Shown: piece by piece, positions 1 through 9,225 of the stretch | Layout of the letters: every line of letters begins with the position of its first letter | Numbering within the stretch: position 1 is the first letter of the stretch | Assembly: GCA_001871515.1 (NCBI GenBank) | Contig: MNXW01000314.1 | Span: forward strand, 1 to 53,774 | Direction of reading: 5' to 3' | From: Comamonadaceae bacterium CG2_30_57_122 | Lineage (GTDB): Bacteria; Pseudomonadota; Gammaproteobacteria; Burkholderiales; Burkholderiaceae_C | Length of the DNA stretch: 53,774 bases | The notes under the pieces: generated by a model | The model's input: only the letters and a program-made list of their open reading frames with translations | Database searches by the model: none | Told to the model about the DNA's origin: nothing | Program-made: the position numbers and the translations under genes

Positions 1-160
1 AGGGGGCAAGCGAGAATAACTTGAACAGTTCGGCCGTGCTGACAAGCGCAATGCGTTGTTGCAAACCGCTTGTGTAGCCAGCTACACCGCGCGGCTTGCG
101 TCTAGCCTAGCACTTGCTATCACGACCTCCTTTGTCCAAGTTATTCTCGCTTGTCCCCTA
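1..160. mobile_element. MITE-like element (family D), left end at the window edge
   Basis: ~27-bp imperfect terminal inverted repeats: AGGGGGCAAGCGAGAATAACTTGAACA (1-27) and TGTCCAAGTTATTCTCGCTTGTCCCCTA (133-160); central TGTAGC-CA-GCTACA palindrome; no coding capacity. Confidence 0.7.
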
Positions 161-161
161 A

Positions 162-281
162 GGCCTGCTGCAGATAGAGCTGATTCAGGTCTGCGCCGCC
201 AACGGCATGGCTGAACTGAACCACTCGGCGCTGGTCAAGGCCCTTGAATTGATGGCTAAGCATGAGGTGGCCAAGATTTGA
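162..281 (+). pseudogene. glxR: 3' remnant resembling the C-terminus of 2-hydroxy-3-oxopropionate (tartronate semialdehyde) reductase
   Basis: Translates as ...ELIQVCAANGMAELNHSALVKALELMAKHEVAKI*, like the GlxR C-terminus (ELFNxCAANG..LDHSALVxALELMANH); in-frame TAA at 159-161 at the MITE end; no plausible start for the whole gene. Confidence 0.6.
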
Positions 282-335
282 AATTGGTCGCAATTGCTAT
301 ATTAAAAATAGCTTCTTGCCCATGTTATATAAGGC

Positions 336-525
336 CTAGCAGCCTGTATGACTTTCGGCGTCGAAGCGTTCTAGAAGAGCAGCGTAGCCAAATTCGGCCC
401 CAGCGAAGACAGTTTTTACATAATTTGCAGCCGCATAGCCGTAGCCATGGGGCAAAAAGGTGGTGAAAAATGGATTGCTGCAGTCGGATTGCAGCCGATG
501 TACCGAAAGTCCGACAGCCTCCTAG
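336..525 (+). mobile_element. MITE family A, degenerate copy 1 (~190 bp, CTAG-flanked)
   Basis: Aligns with copies at 23614-23802 and 53583-53772; intact right end CCGAAAGTCCGACAGCCTC-CTAG, decayed left end. Confidence 0.85.
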
Positions 526-548
526 AAGTCGATTTGATCCTAGATTCC

Positions 549-767
549 TCAGTTGGACGCGCCCGAGTGGACCGCTGGCAACGCGCCTGGGGTCGTTGCG
601 CCTCCTTGCGGGCAAGTGGCCCGCTACGTCGTCACCCTTGCAGGGCGCAGCCAGGCCAGAGGCTTGGCCTCTTCGTGCCGTTCCATTGTGCGCAGGCACA
701 ATTGAAGCTGCGGCACTCAGCCTACCCAGCCGCAGCGCCAGCAGCCCACTCGGGCGCGTCCAACTCA
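549..767. mobile_element. MITE-like element (family C)
   Basis: Perfect 20-bp inverted repeats AGTTGGACGCGCCCGAGTGG (551-570) and CCACTCGGGCGCGTCCAACT (746-765); TCA on both sides as a possible target duplication. Confidence 0.75.
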
Positions 768-1264
768 GCGGCTCAGTCCGTTGACCTGCATCAACCACGG
801 CACCGCCCACAGGCCTTGAATGGCCATGAAGCCGCCCACGGCCAGACAACCCTGCGGTGCAAAACGCCAGAAGCGGCGGTCGGTATAAATCTGCCGCAAA
901 GTCTGCAGCTGTTGCGAGATCGATTCGCGCTGTGCCTGCACCGGTTTGTCCGGCGTGGTCATCAGGTAAGCGGCACAAACCACCAGCAAGGCAGCGCACA
1001 ACCCGCAGCGGCTAGCAGCAACAATGCCGACTCAACCCGGCGCGGGTCAAAGCGATCCAGCAGCAAACCCAGTGGCAGCTGAAACAGGCCAAAGGCCAGA
1101 AAGTAAGCCGAGGTGAGCAAGCCCAGGCTGGCGGCGCTCATCTTCAGTTCGCGCATCAGCTCGGGCGTAATCACCGCGTTGACACTGCGCAGCGCGTAAG
1201 ACAAAAAATAGCCCACTGCGTAGGCGGGCACCAGGCGAAACCACAGGGCAGCGGGGGCGTTCAT
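765..1264 (-). pseudogene. MFS transporter pseudogene (frameshift/internal deletion, 3' truncated)
   Basis: N-terminal MFS frame (...FGLFQLPLGLLLDRFDPRRV, motif-A-like) shifts near 995 into a mid-protein frame (...GFMAIQGLWAVPWLMQVNGLSR*) that stops at the family C MITE end. Confidence 0.8.
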
Positions 1265-1354
1265 GGGTGAGATTGTCGTGTCATCCGCAAGCAAAGAGAG
1301 CCGCGCCTGTCCAGTCCCGTGGTCGTCGTTGTTTCATACCGTAACATCCCCGCC

Positions 1355-2764
<1,410 letters not shown>

Positions 2765-2769
2765 GCAAT

Positions 2770-2820
2770 GCTATTTATTATATAGCTTGTAGCCCTTATA
2801 AATAAAGGGCTACAAGCTCA
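2770..2820. repeat. GCTAT..ATAGC / GCCCTT..AAGGGCTA hairpin repeat; likely bidirectional terminator
   Basis: Stem AGCTTGTAGCCCTT/AAGGGCTACAAGCT between convergent genes; related copies at ~296-540, 9169-9225 and 14992-15125. Confidence 0.7.
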
Positions 2821-2827
2821 ATTTACA

Positions 2828-3451
2828 TTAATTTCTGATCACACTGTTGCCTGAATTCTTAACCTGCGTGCCCACGCTCAGGCCAGGGTCGTGGTCAAAG
2901 GTGAACTTGCCGCTGCGCCCGTCGGTGTATTCCACGCTTACCGTCCAGACTTTGCTGGCGTTCATGTTCTCCTGAATTTTCTTACCCGCGTAGGCACCCC
3001 CCGCGGCTCCGGCAATGGTGGCGAGGTCTTTGCCAAAACCGCCGCCTACCTGGTGGCCCAACACAGCACCGGCCACACCACCAGCGATCATGCCCACGGC
3101 GTTGCTGTCACCGGCTTTTTCGCCGATTTGTACGGCAGTCACACGGCCGCAGTCGGTGCAAGTGGCTTTCGCAGATTGGGTGGAATACACGTTGCTGGCT
3201 TTGCTGGCCGCCAGGGCCTTGTCATACACCGCTTTGGCATCGCGGCGGCATTGCAGTCGGGCTTCTGAAGAGGCTTCGTCGACACAAAGTTTGATGTCCG
3301 CGTTGTAGCTTGCCTTGGCTTCTTTGGCTGTAGGTATTTTGTCCGGGGTGCTGGACCAGAATTGTGCCTGCGCGCTCAGGCTGCAAGCGCCCCATAGCAA
3401 GCCGGTAGCGCACAGGCGAATCAATGAACGGGGGGGGAAAGCTGAGATCAT
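2828..3451 (-). CDS. Exported glycine-zipper 2TM domain protein
   Basis: Signal peptide; CTDCG motif; GGVAGAVLGHQVGGGFGKDLATIAGAAGGAYAG glycine zipper. Confidence 0.85.
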   Translation of the reverse strand: MISAFPPRSLIRLCATGLLWGACSLSAQAQFWSSTPDKIPTAKEAKASYNADIKLCVDEASSEARLQCRRDAKAVYDKALAASKASNVYSTQSAKATCTDCGRVTAVQIGEKAGDSNAVGMIAGGVAGAVLGHQVGGGFGKDLATIAGAAGGAYAGKKIQENMNASKVWTVSVEYTDGRSGKFTFDHDPGLSVGTQVKNSGNSVIRN

Positions 3452-3511
3452 GAGGTACTCCTGAATGAAAAATGACGCATGGTGATTATTTACCGACCGT
3501 CATGCGCCGCC

Positions 3512-3544
3512 CTTAAGAATCGCTTAATTGACACTGTCTACAGT
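3512..3544 (+). promoter_or_regulatory. PmrA/QseB-type box plus -10 element
   Basis: CTTAAG-N5-CTTAAT at 3512-3528, then TACAGT at 3539-3544, upstream of an operon encoding a QseB-like regulator. Confidence 0.7.
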
Positions 3545-3575
3545 ACGTCCATTGAACCACTTTTGAAAGCCCCCC

Positions 3576-4124
3576 ATGTCCTACACGCACACGATTTTAA
3601 AAACCACGCTGGTGATTCTGCTCGGTGCAGGCAGCCTTCAAACTGCTTTGGCAGATGACGACGAAGGCAGCGGCCGCTGGTTCAAGTGGGGCAACAGTGA
3701 ACACGACGAAGGCGGTCGGGGCAGTCGTGGTGGCATGGCTTCCTCGGCCCCGCCGCAATACCAAAAAGAATGTGCGTCATGCCACATGGCCTACCCGGCC
3801 GGTCTGCTGCCCGCAGGCTCCTGGCAACATTTGATGGGCACGCTGGATCAGCATTTCGGCAACGACGCGTCACTTGATGCAGCCAGCGCCAGTGCCATTA
3901 CCCAGTACCTGACCAGCAATGCCGGTAGCTACAAGCGGGTCAGTGAAATGCCGCCGCAAGACCGCATCACCCAGTCCTACTGGTTCACCCGCAAGCACGA
4001 CAAACATGTCAACGCCAGCACCTGGTCGCGCCCCAGCATTGGCAGCCGATCCAACTGCGTGGCCTGCCACCAAGGTGCCGAGCAAGGCAACTTCAATGAG
4101 CACAGTGTGCGTATTCCGGGATAA
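3576..4124 (+). CDS. Diheme cytochrome c (DHC family)
   Basis: Signal peptide; two CXXCH motifs (CASCH, CVACH); YPAGLLP..W...M..L..HFG signature. Confidence 0.9.
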   Translation: MSYTHTILKTTLVILLGAGSLQTALADDDEGSGRWFKWGNSEHDEGGRGSRGGMASSAPPQYQKECASCHMAYPAGLLPAGSWQHLMGTLDQHFGNDASLDAASASAITQYLTSNAGSYKRVSEMPPQDRITQSYWFTRKHDKHVNASTWSRPSIGSRSNCVACHQGAEQGNFNEHSVRIPG

Positions 4125-4838
4125 ATGATGCGCACCTTGGCAGTAGAAAAAACAAAAATTTTGGTATGGGATGCGCCCACCCGGGTGTTTCACTGGCTGC
4201 TGGCACTGAGCTTTGCCGGAGCCTACGCCACCTCCGAAGGCAGCGGCCTGATGGGCGTGCACCTGACGCTGGGCTACACCATGGTGGGCTTGGTGGCGTT
4301 CCGGGTGATTTGGGGCCTGATCGGCACCCGCTATGCCCGCTTTAGCAGTTTTGTGCGTGGACCTGCGGCGGTGGCACGTTATGCCAGCAGCATGCTCAAC
4401 CCCAAAGCGGAGCACTCGATGGGGCACAACCCGCTGGGCGCGGTGTCGATCGTGCTGATGCTGCTGTGTACGTTGGCCATTGTCTTCACCGGCTGGGTGT
4501 ATTTCAACGGAGGTGCCCATGCCCTCAAGAGCTTGCATGAAGGCGCTGCGGCTCTGATGGCTACAGTGGTGGGGGTGCATGTGGCTGGTGTGGTGTTTGC
4601 CAGCCTGATGCAACGCGAAAACCTGGTGCGTGCCATGTTCAACGGGCGCAAACAGGGTCGCCCGGAGCAGTCGATCCGCTGGTCTTGGTGGCCGGTGGCG
4701 GTGCTGGTATTGGCCGGTGTGCTGGGGTTTTGGTGGCTGCAGTGGCAAGCCCCCAACGCCATCGGGCTGGGTAGCAATATGAGCCCACAGAATGCAGGCC
4801 AATGGTCTGGCAACTGGCGTGGTGGCGACGACGATTAA
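4125..4838 (+). CDS. Cytochrome b (Ni-hydrogenase cytochrome b / b561-like)
   Basis: VWDAPTRVFHW, GHNPLG and ENLVRAM motifs; conserved TM histidines. Confidence 0.9.
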   Translation: MMRTLAVEKTKILVWDAPTRVFHWLLALSFAGAYATSEGSGLMGVHLTLGYTMVGLVAFRVIWGLIGTRYARFSSFVRGPAAVARYASSMLNPKAEHSMGHNPLGAVSIVLMLLCTLAIVFTGWVYFNGGAHALKSLHEGAAALMATVVGVHVAGVVFASLMQRENLVRAMFNGRKQGRPEQSIRWSWWPVAVLVLAGVLGFWWLQWQAPNAIGLGSNMSPQNAGQWSGNWRGGDDD

Positions 4839-4871
4839 GATCGATGACGATCGACAACGCAAAGGCAAGTG

Positions 4872-5543
4872 ATGCGAATTTTGTTGGCTGAAGACGATGC
4901 CATGCTGGGTGACGGGCTGCGTGCCGGTCTGCGCCAGCAAGGCTTTCAGGTGGACTGGGTGCGCGACGGCATGGCCGCAGAGCGCGAGCTGTGCAGTGGC
5001 GATTACCAGGCGGCGGTGCTGGATCTGGGCTTGCCACAAAAAGACGGACTCGACGTGCTGCAAGCCATCCGCAGCAAAAAAGTGACCACCCCGGTGCTGG
5101 TACTCACCGCACGCGACGCGGTGCCGGATCGCATCAAGGGGCTGAACCTGGGGGCAGATGACTACGTGCTTAAACCCGTGGATTTGTTCGAGCTGGGCGC
5201 ACGCCTGCGTTCACTGGTACGCCGCGCGCATGGCCAAACCCAGGAGCTGTTGACCTGTGGCGCTATCCAGATGAACCCGGCCGGCCGTGGGGTCACGTTT
5301 GAGGGGGAACCCGTCACCCTGTCCACGCGCGAATACGATTTGCTGCACGCCTTGTTGCTGGCGGTGGGCCGGGTCATGTCGCGCGAACAACTTGAGCAAC
5401 AGCTCTACAGCTGGGGCCATGAGGTGGAGAGCAATGCGGTGGAGGTGCATATTCACCACCTGCGCAAAAAGCTCAAACCCGAGCTGATCCAGACCGTGCG
5501 CGGCATTGGCTACACCTTGCTGCGGCCCAAAATACAGGCTTAA
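4872..5543 (+). CDS. OmpR-family response regulator (QseB/PmrA-like)
   Basis: MRILLAEDD, LDLGLP, GADDYVLKP, SNAVEVHIHHLRKKL, TVRGIGY. Confidence 0.92.
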   Translation: MRILLAEDDAMLGDGLRAGLRQQGFQVDWVRDGMAAERELCSGDYQAAVLDLGLPQKDGLDVLQAIRSKKVTTPVLVLTARDAVPDRIKGLNLGADDYVLKPVDLFELGARLRSLVRRAHGQTQELLTCGAIQMNPAGRGVTFEGEPVTLSTREYDLLHALLLAVGRVMSREQLEQQLYSWGHEVESNAVEVHIHHLRKKLKPELIQTVRGIGYTLLRPKIQA

Positions 5544-5549
5544 CTGGTT

Positions 5550-6947
5550 ATGACCTTGCTGCCCCGCCTGAAATCGCTGCAAGCGCGCCTGCTGACGCTG
5601 CTGCTGCTGTTGGTGACGCTGGTGTGGATGGGTGCGGCCGTGTTGACCTGGGTGGATGCCAGTGACGAGCTGGGTGAGTTGTTGGATGGCCACCTGGCGC
5701 AATCGGCCGCGCTGCTGGTGGCCCAGCAAACTGGGCATGGCAGTGACGCGGGGGCGGCCCACGAGCACCCCGACGAGGGCGACCATGTGGAAGACACCCC
5801 CATGTTGCATAAATACGCCCCACGTGTAGCCTTTCAGGTGTTTCATGAAGGCCGTTTAACCTTGCGCTCAGCCAACGTGGGCAACACGCCCTTGTCGCAC
5901 CAAACCACGGGCTTTGAAACCGTCAAGCTCGGTGATGCCTCTGAATGGCGGGTGTTTGCCACCCATGGCAGCGAAGGTGATGTGCAGGTGTTTGTGGGTG
6001 AGCAAATCAAATCACGCGATGCCATTTTGTGGGCGGTGCTCCAAGCCGTGCTGATGCCGCTGATGTACGCACTGCCCTTGCTGGCGGTGGTGGGCTGGCT
6101 GGCGGTGCGCAATGGCCTAGCCCCCTTGCGCCACTTGAGCCAAGCCCTGACCCAACGCCAGCCGCAAGCCCTTGACCCGGTGGCGCTGAGCGACATGCCC
6201 ACCGAGGTCGAGCCGGTGGTGCATTCACTTAACGCCTTGTTTGAACGCATCCAGACCATGGTGGCTCTGGAGCGGCGCTTTACTGCTGATGCTGCGCACG
6301 AATTGCGCACGCCGATTGCCGCTATTCGTATGCAGGCGCAAGTGGCCCTGGGCGCGGTTGCTGACGACGCGCAGCGCAACCGTGCCTTGAACTACACCCT
6401 GGCCGGGTGTGACCGGGCGACCCATTTGGTGGAGCAACTGCTCACGCTCTCACGCCTGGAGTCTTCGGCCAATGCTGCACCCAGCGGGGTGGTGGATGTG
6501 TCGGCGGTGGCGCAGCGGGTGGCCGCTGACCTGGCCTTGGCTGCGCTGGGGCGCTCACAAGACTTGCAGCTTGACGCTGCACCGCACGCCATGATCCAGG
6601 CTGACGACATGCTCACCAGTGTGCTGGTGCGCAACCTGCTTGACAACGCCTTGCGTTACAGCCCGGACGGTGCCCGCGTGGCCTTGTCGATCAAGGTGGA
6701 GGCAGGCCAGGTGACGCTGCAGGTCGAAGACAGTGGCCCGGGCCTGGCCGATGCCGACTTGGCGCGCTTGGGTGAACGCTTTTACCGCGTGCTGGGCACC
6801 GAGCAAACCGGCAGTGGCCTGGGCTGGTCGATCGTGCAGCGCATTGCCAAGGTGTACGGCGCGCGGGTGAATGTGAGCCGCTCTGCGGCACTGGGCGGCC
6901 TGTGCGTCAGCGTGCGTTGGGCGGCCTGCGGGTCGGCCAAGGCCTGA
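5550..6947 (+). CDS. Sensor histidine kinase (QseC/PmrB-like)
   Basis: Two TM helices; ERRFTADAAHELRTP H-box; NLLDNALRYS; GSGLG. Confidence 0.92.
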   Translation: MTLLPRLKSLQARLLTLLLLLVTLVWMGAAVLTWVDASDELGELLDGHLAQSAALLVAQQTGHGSDAGAAHEHPDEGDHVEDTPMLHKYAPRVAFQVFHEGRLTLRSANVGNTPLSHQTTGFETVKLGDASEWRVFATHGSEGDVQVFVGEQIKSRDAILWAVLQAVLMPLMYALPLLAVVGWLAVRNGLAPLRHLSQALTQRQPQALDPVALSDMPTEVEPVVHSLNALFERIQTMVALERRFTADAAHELRTPIAAIRMQAQVALGAVADDAQRNRALNYTLAGCDRATHLVEQLLTLSRLESSANAAPSGVVDVSAVAQRVAADLALAALGRSQDLQLDAAPHAMIQADDMLTSVLVRNLLDNALRYSPDGARVALSIKVEAGQVTLQVEDSGPGLADADLARLGERFYRVLGTEQTGSGLGWSIVQRIAKVYGARVNVSRSAALGGLCVSVRWAACGSAKA

Positions 6948-6998
6948 TCGTAGAATTCAGGTTTTGCCGCTGCAAACCTCTACTTTGAAGGAAACTTG

Positions 6999-7937
6999 AT
7001 GAGCCCTATGCCCCCCGACCTGTCGGATCGCGACGGAAAAATCTGGATGGATGGCCAGCTGGTGGACTGGCGCGATGCCAAGATTCATGTGTTGACCCAC
7101 ACCTTGCACTACGGCTGTGGCGTGTTTGAAGGCGTGCGTGCCTACAACACCGCCCAAGGCACAGCGATTTTCCGGCTTGAAGAGCATACCCAACGTCTCT
7201 TGAACAGTGCCAAGATTTTGCGCATGACGATCCCGTTTACCAAAGCACAGATCATGCAAGCGCAATGCGACGTGGTGCGTGAGAACAAGTTGGAGTCTTG
7301 CTACCTGCGTCCCTTGAGCTGGATCGGCAGCCGCAAGTTGGGCATCAGCCCCAAGGGCAACCACATCCACCTGATGGTGGCGGCCTGGGCCTGGGGTGCG
7401 TACCTGGGCGACGAAGGCATGACACGCGGCATCCGCGTCAAGATATCCAGCTACACCCGTCACCACGTCAACATCACCATGACCCAGGCCAAGGCGGTCA
7501 GCAACTACACCAACTCGATTTTGGCCAACATGGAAGCGCTGGACGACGGCTACGACGAAGCCATGCTGCTCGACGCCAGTGGTTTTGTGTCGGAAGGCTC
7601 GGGCGAAAACCTGTTTGTGGTGAAAGACGGCGTGGTCTACACCCCCGATCTGTCTGCCGGTGCCTTGAACGGCATCACCCGCAACACCGTGCTGCACATC
7701 TGCAAAGACCTGGGGCTGGAAGTGGTGCAAAAGCGCATCACCCGAGATGAGGTCTACATCTGCGACGAGGCTTTCTTCAGCGGCACGGCCGCCGAGATCA
7801 CCCCGATCCGTGAGCTTGACCGTCTCACTTTGGGCAGCGGCAGCCGCGGTCCGATCACCGAAAAAATCCAGAGTGCGTTCTTTGACATCGTCAACGGCCG
7901 CAACCCCAAATACGCTCATTGGTTAACCAAGGTCTGA
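6999..7937 (+). CDS. ilvE: Branched-chain amino acid aminotransferase
   Basis: LHYGCGVFEGVRAY, EGSGENLF, LNGITR, FFSGTAAEITP motifs. Confidence 0.96.
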   Translation: MSPMPPDLSDRDGKIWMDGQLVDWRDAKIHVLTHTLHYGCGVFEGVRAYNTAQGTAIFRLEEHTQRLLNSAKILRMTIPFTKAQIMQAQCDVVRENKLESCYLRPLSWIGSRKLGISPKGNHIHLMVAAWAWGAYLGDEGMTRGIRVKISSYTRHHVNITMTQAKAVSNYTNSILANMEALDDGYDEAMLLDASGFVSEGSGENLFVVKDGVVYTPDLSAGALNGITRNTVLHICKDLGLEVVQKRITRDEVYICDEAFFSGTAAEITPIRELDRLTLGSGSRGPITEKIQSAFFDIVNGRNPKYAHWLTKV

Positions 7938-7939
7938 AC

Positions 7940-8143
7940 ATGACGAACGCAACTGTTGAACTCCTGGCCAAAGACCTGAACCACGCGGGTGGCGTGCACT
8001 GTCCCAGCCCGCTGGCCAAAATGGAAGTCGCCAACACCCACCCCAAGGTGTACCTTGACGTGGCCCACACCGGGCAAGCCAAGTGCCCTTACTGCGGCAC
8101 GGTTTACCAGCTCAAAGCCGGTGAGCACTTTCAAGGGCATTAA
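7940..8143 (+). CDS. Small zinc-finger (zf-CHCC-like) protein
   Basis: HCP...HPKVYL...CPYCGTVY; starts 2 bp after the ilvE stop. Confidence 0.85.
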   Translation: MTNATVELLAKDLNHAGGVHCPSPLAKMEVANTHPKVYLDVAHTGQAKCPYCGTVYQLKAGEHFQGH

Positions 8144-8173
8144 TTGGGGTCAGATTCCAATTAATTTCAGCGC

Positions 8174-9184
8174 TTGACCGCCTTGACGCCAACGCTCGTC
8201 ATTGCCCCGCAGTGGATTGGCGACGCGGTCATGACCGAGCCGCTTTTGCGCCGCTTGCAGGCACGCGGTGAGCGCCTCACGGTGGGGGCGTTGCCCTGGG
8301 TGGCCCCGGTGTACCGGGCCATGCCGCAAGTGGCTAAGGTGATTGAATTGCCTTTTGCCCATGGCGGCTTGCAACTGCGTGCACGCCTGCAGCTGGCTCG
8401 GCAGATCAACGGCCAGTTTGACGTGGCTTACCTCTGCCCCAACTCGCTTAAAAGCGCCTTGCTGCCGCTGTTGGCGGGCATTCCCAAACGCGTGGGTTAC
8501 CTGGGTGAAGCGCGGGTTGGCCTGCTCACCCACCGCCTGAAGAACCCACCCAAAGGCCAGCGCCCGCCGATGGTGGCGTTTTACTCGGCTCTGAGTGGCG
8601 ACACCGACGTGGCGCAAGACCGACCCCAACTTCAGCTTGATGCCGCTGAGGTAGATGCCACCTTGTTTCAATTGGGCGTGCAGCGCGGTGGCTACCACGT
8701 GTTGGCTCCGGGTGCCGAATATGGCCCGGCCAAACGCTGGCCCACCCGCCACTTTGCCGAGCTGGCCATGCAGCTGGATTTGCCGGTGCTGCTGCTGGGC
8801 GCGGGCAAAGAGGCCGAGCTGTGCGCACAGATTGCCGGGCCAGTGAATGCCAAGCGCCCTGGGCATTGCCTTGATTTGTCAGGAAAAACAACGCTAGCCC
8901 AGGCGCTGCATGTGATAGAAGCTACAAAAAGTATAGTGACCAACGACTCCGGCCTGATGCATGTGGCGGCCGGTTTTGGGGTGCGGCAAGTGGCCGTGTT
9001 TGGCTCTAGCAGCCCCTTGCACACGCCACCTTTGAGCGACCAGGCCACCGTGCTGTGGCTCAAAAATCAGCCCAATTACCAGCCACCACTGGACTGCGCA
9101 CCATGCTTTGAGCGGATTTGTCCGCTTGGGCACACCCGCTGCCTGAATGACATTCAAGCCCAAGAAGTGCTAGCTAATTTGTAG
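8174..9184 (+). CDS. waaF: Lipopolysaccharide heptosyltransferase II (GT9)
   Basis: PQWIGDAVM, PNSLKSAL, PGAEYGPAKRWP, TNDSGLMHVAA, CPLGHTRCL. Confidence 0.95.
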   Translation: MTALTPTLVIAPQWIGDAVMTEPLLRRLQARGERLTVGALPWVAPVYRAMPQVAKVIELPFAHGGLQLRARLQLARQINGQFDVAYLCPNSLKSALLPLLAGIPKRVGYLGEARVGLLTHRLKNPPKGQRPPMVAFYSALSGDTDVAQDRPQLQLDAAEVDATLFQLGVQRGGYHVLAPGAEYGPAKRWPTRHFAELAMQLDLPVLLLGAGKEAELCAQIAGPVNAKRPGHCLDLSGKTTLAQALHVIEATKSIVTNDSGLMHVAAGFGVRQVAVFGSSSPLHTPPLSDQATVLWLKNQPNYQPPLDCAPCFERICPLGHTRCLNDIQAQEVLANL

Positions 9185-9225
9185 CTGCTTGCCCTTTATT
9201 TACCTGGGCTAGAGGCTTATTTCTT
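9169..9225. repeat. TAGC/GCTAG hairpin repeat copy
   Basis: GTAGCTGCTTGCCCTTTATTTACCTGGGCTAGAGGCTTATTT; overlaps the stops of both convergent genes. Confidence 0.65.

Noticed and set aside
325-1082. Long ORFs 325-999 (-) and 447-1082 (+)
   Set aside because: They read through MITE A/C sequence and the MFS pseudogene; the same peptides recur at other MITE copies (23488-23802, 53532-53720)
3430-3437. G8 tracts (3430-3437 and ~13780-13787) as phase-variation switches
   Set aside because: Borderline length in GC-rich DNA, frames intact, no other support
3870-5063. 397-aa minus-strand ORF and similar long antisense ORFs (6957-7919, 11020-12048, 50833-52116)
   Set aside because: Shadow frames opposite well-supported genes in GC-rich DNA; no motifs
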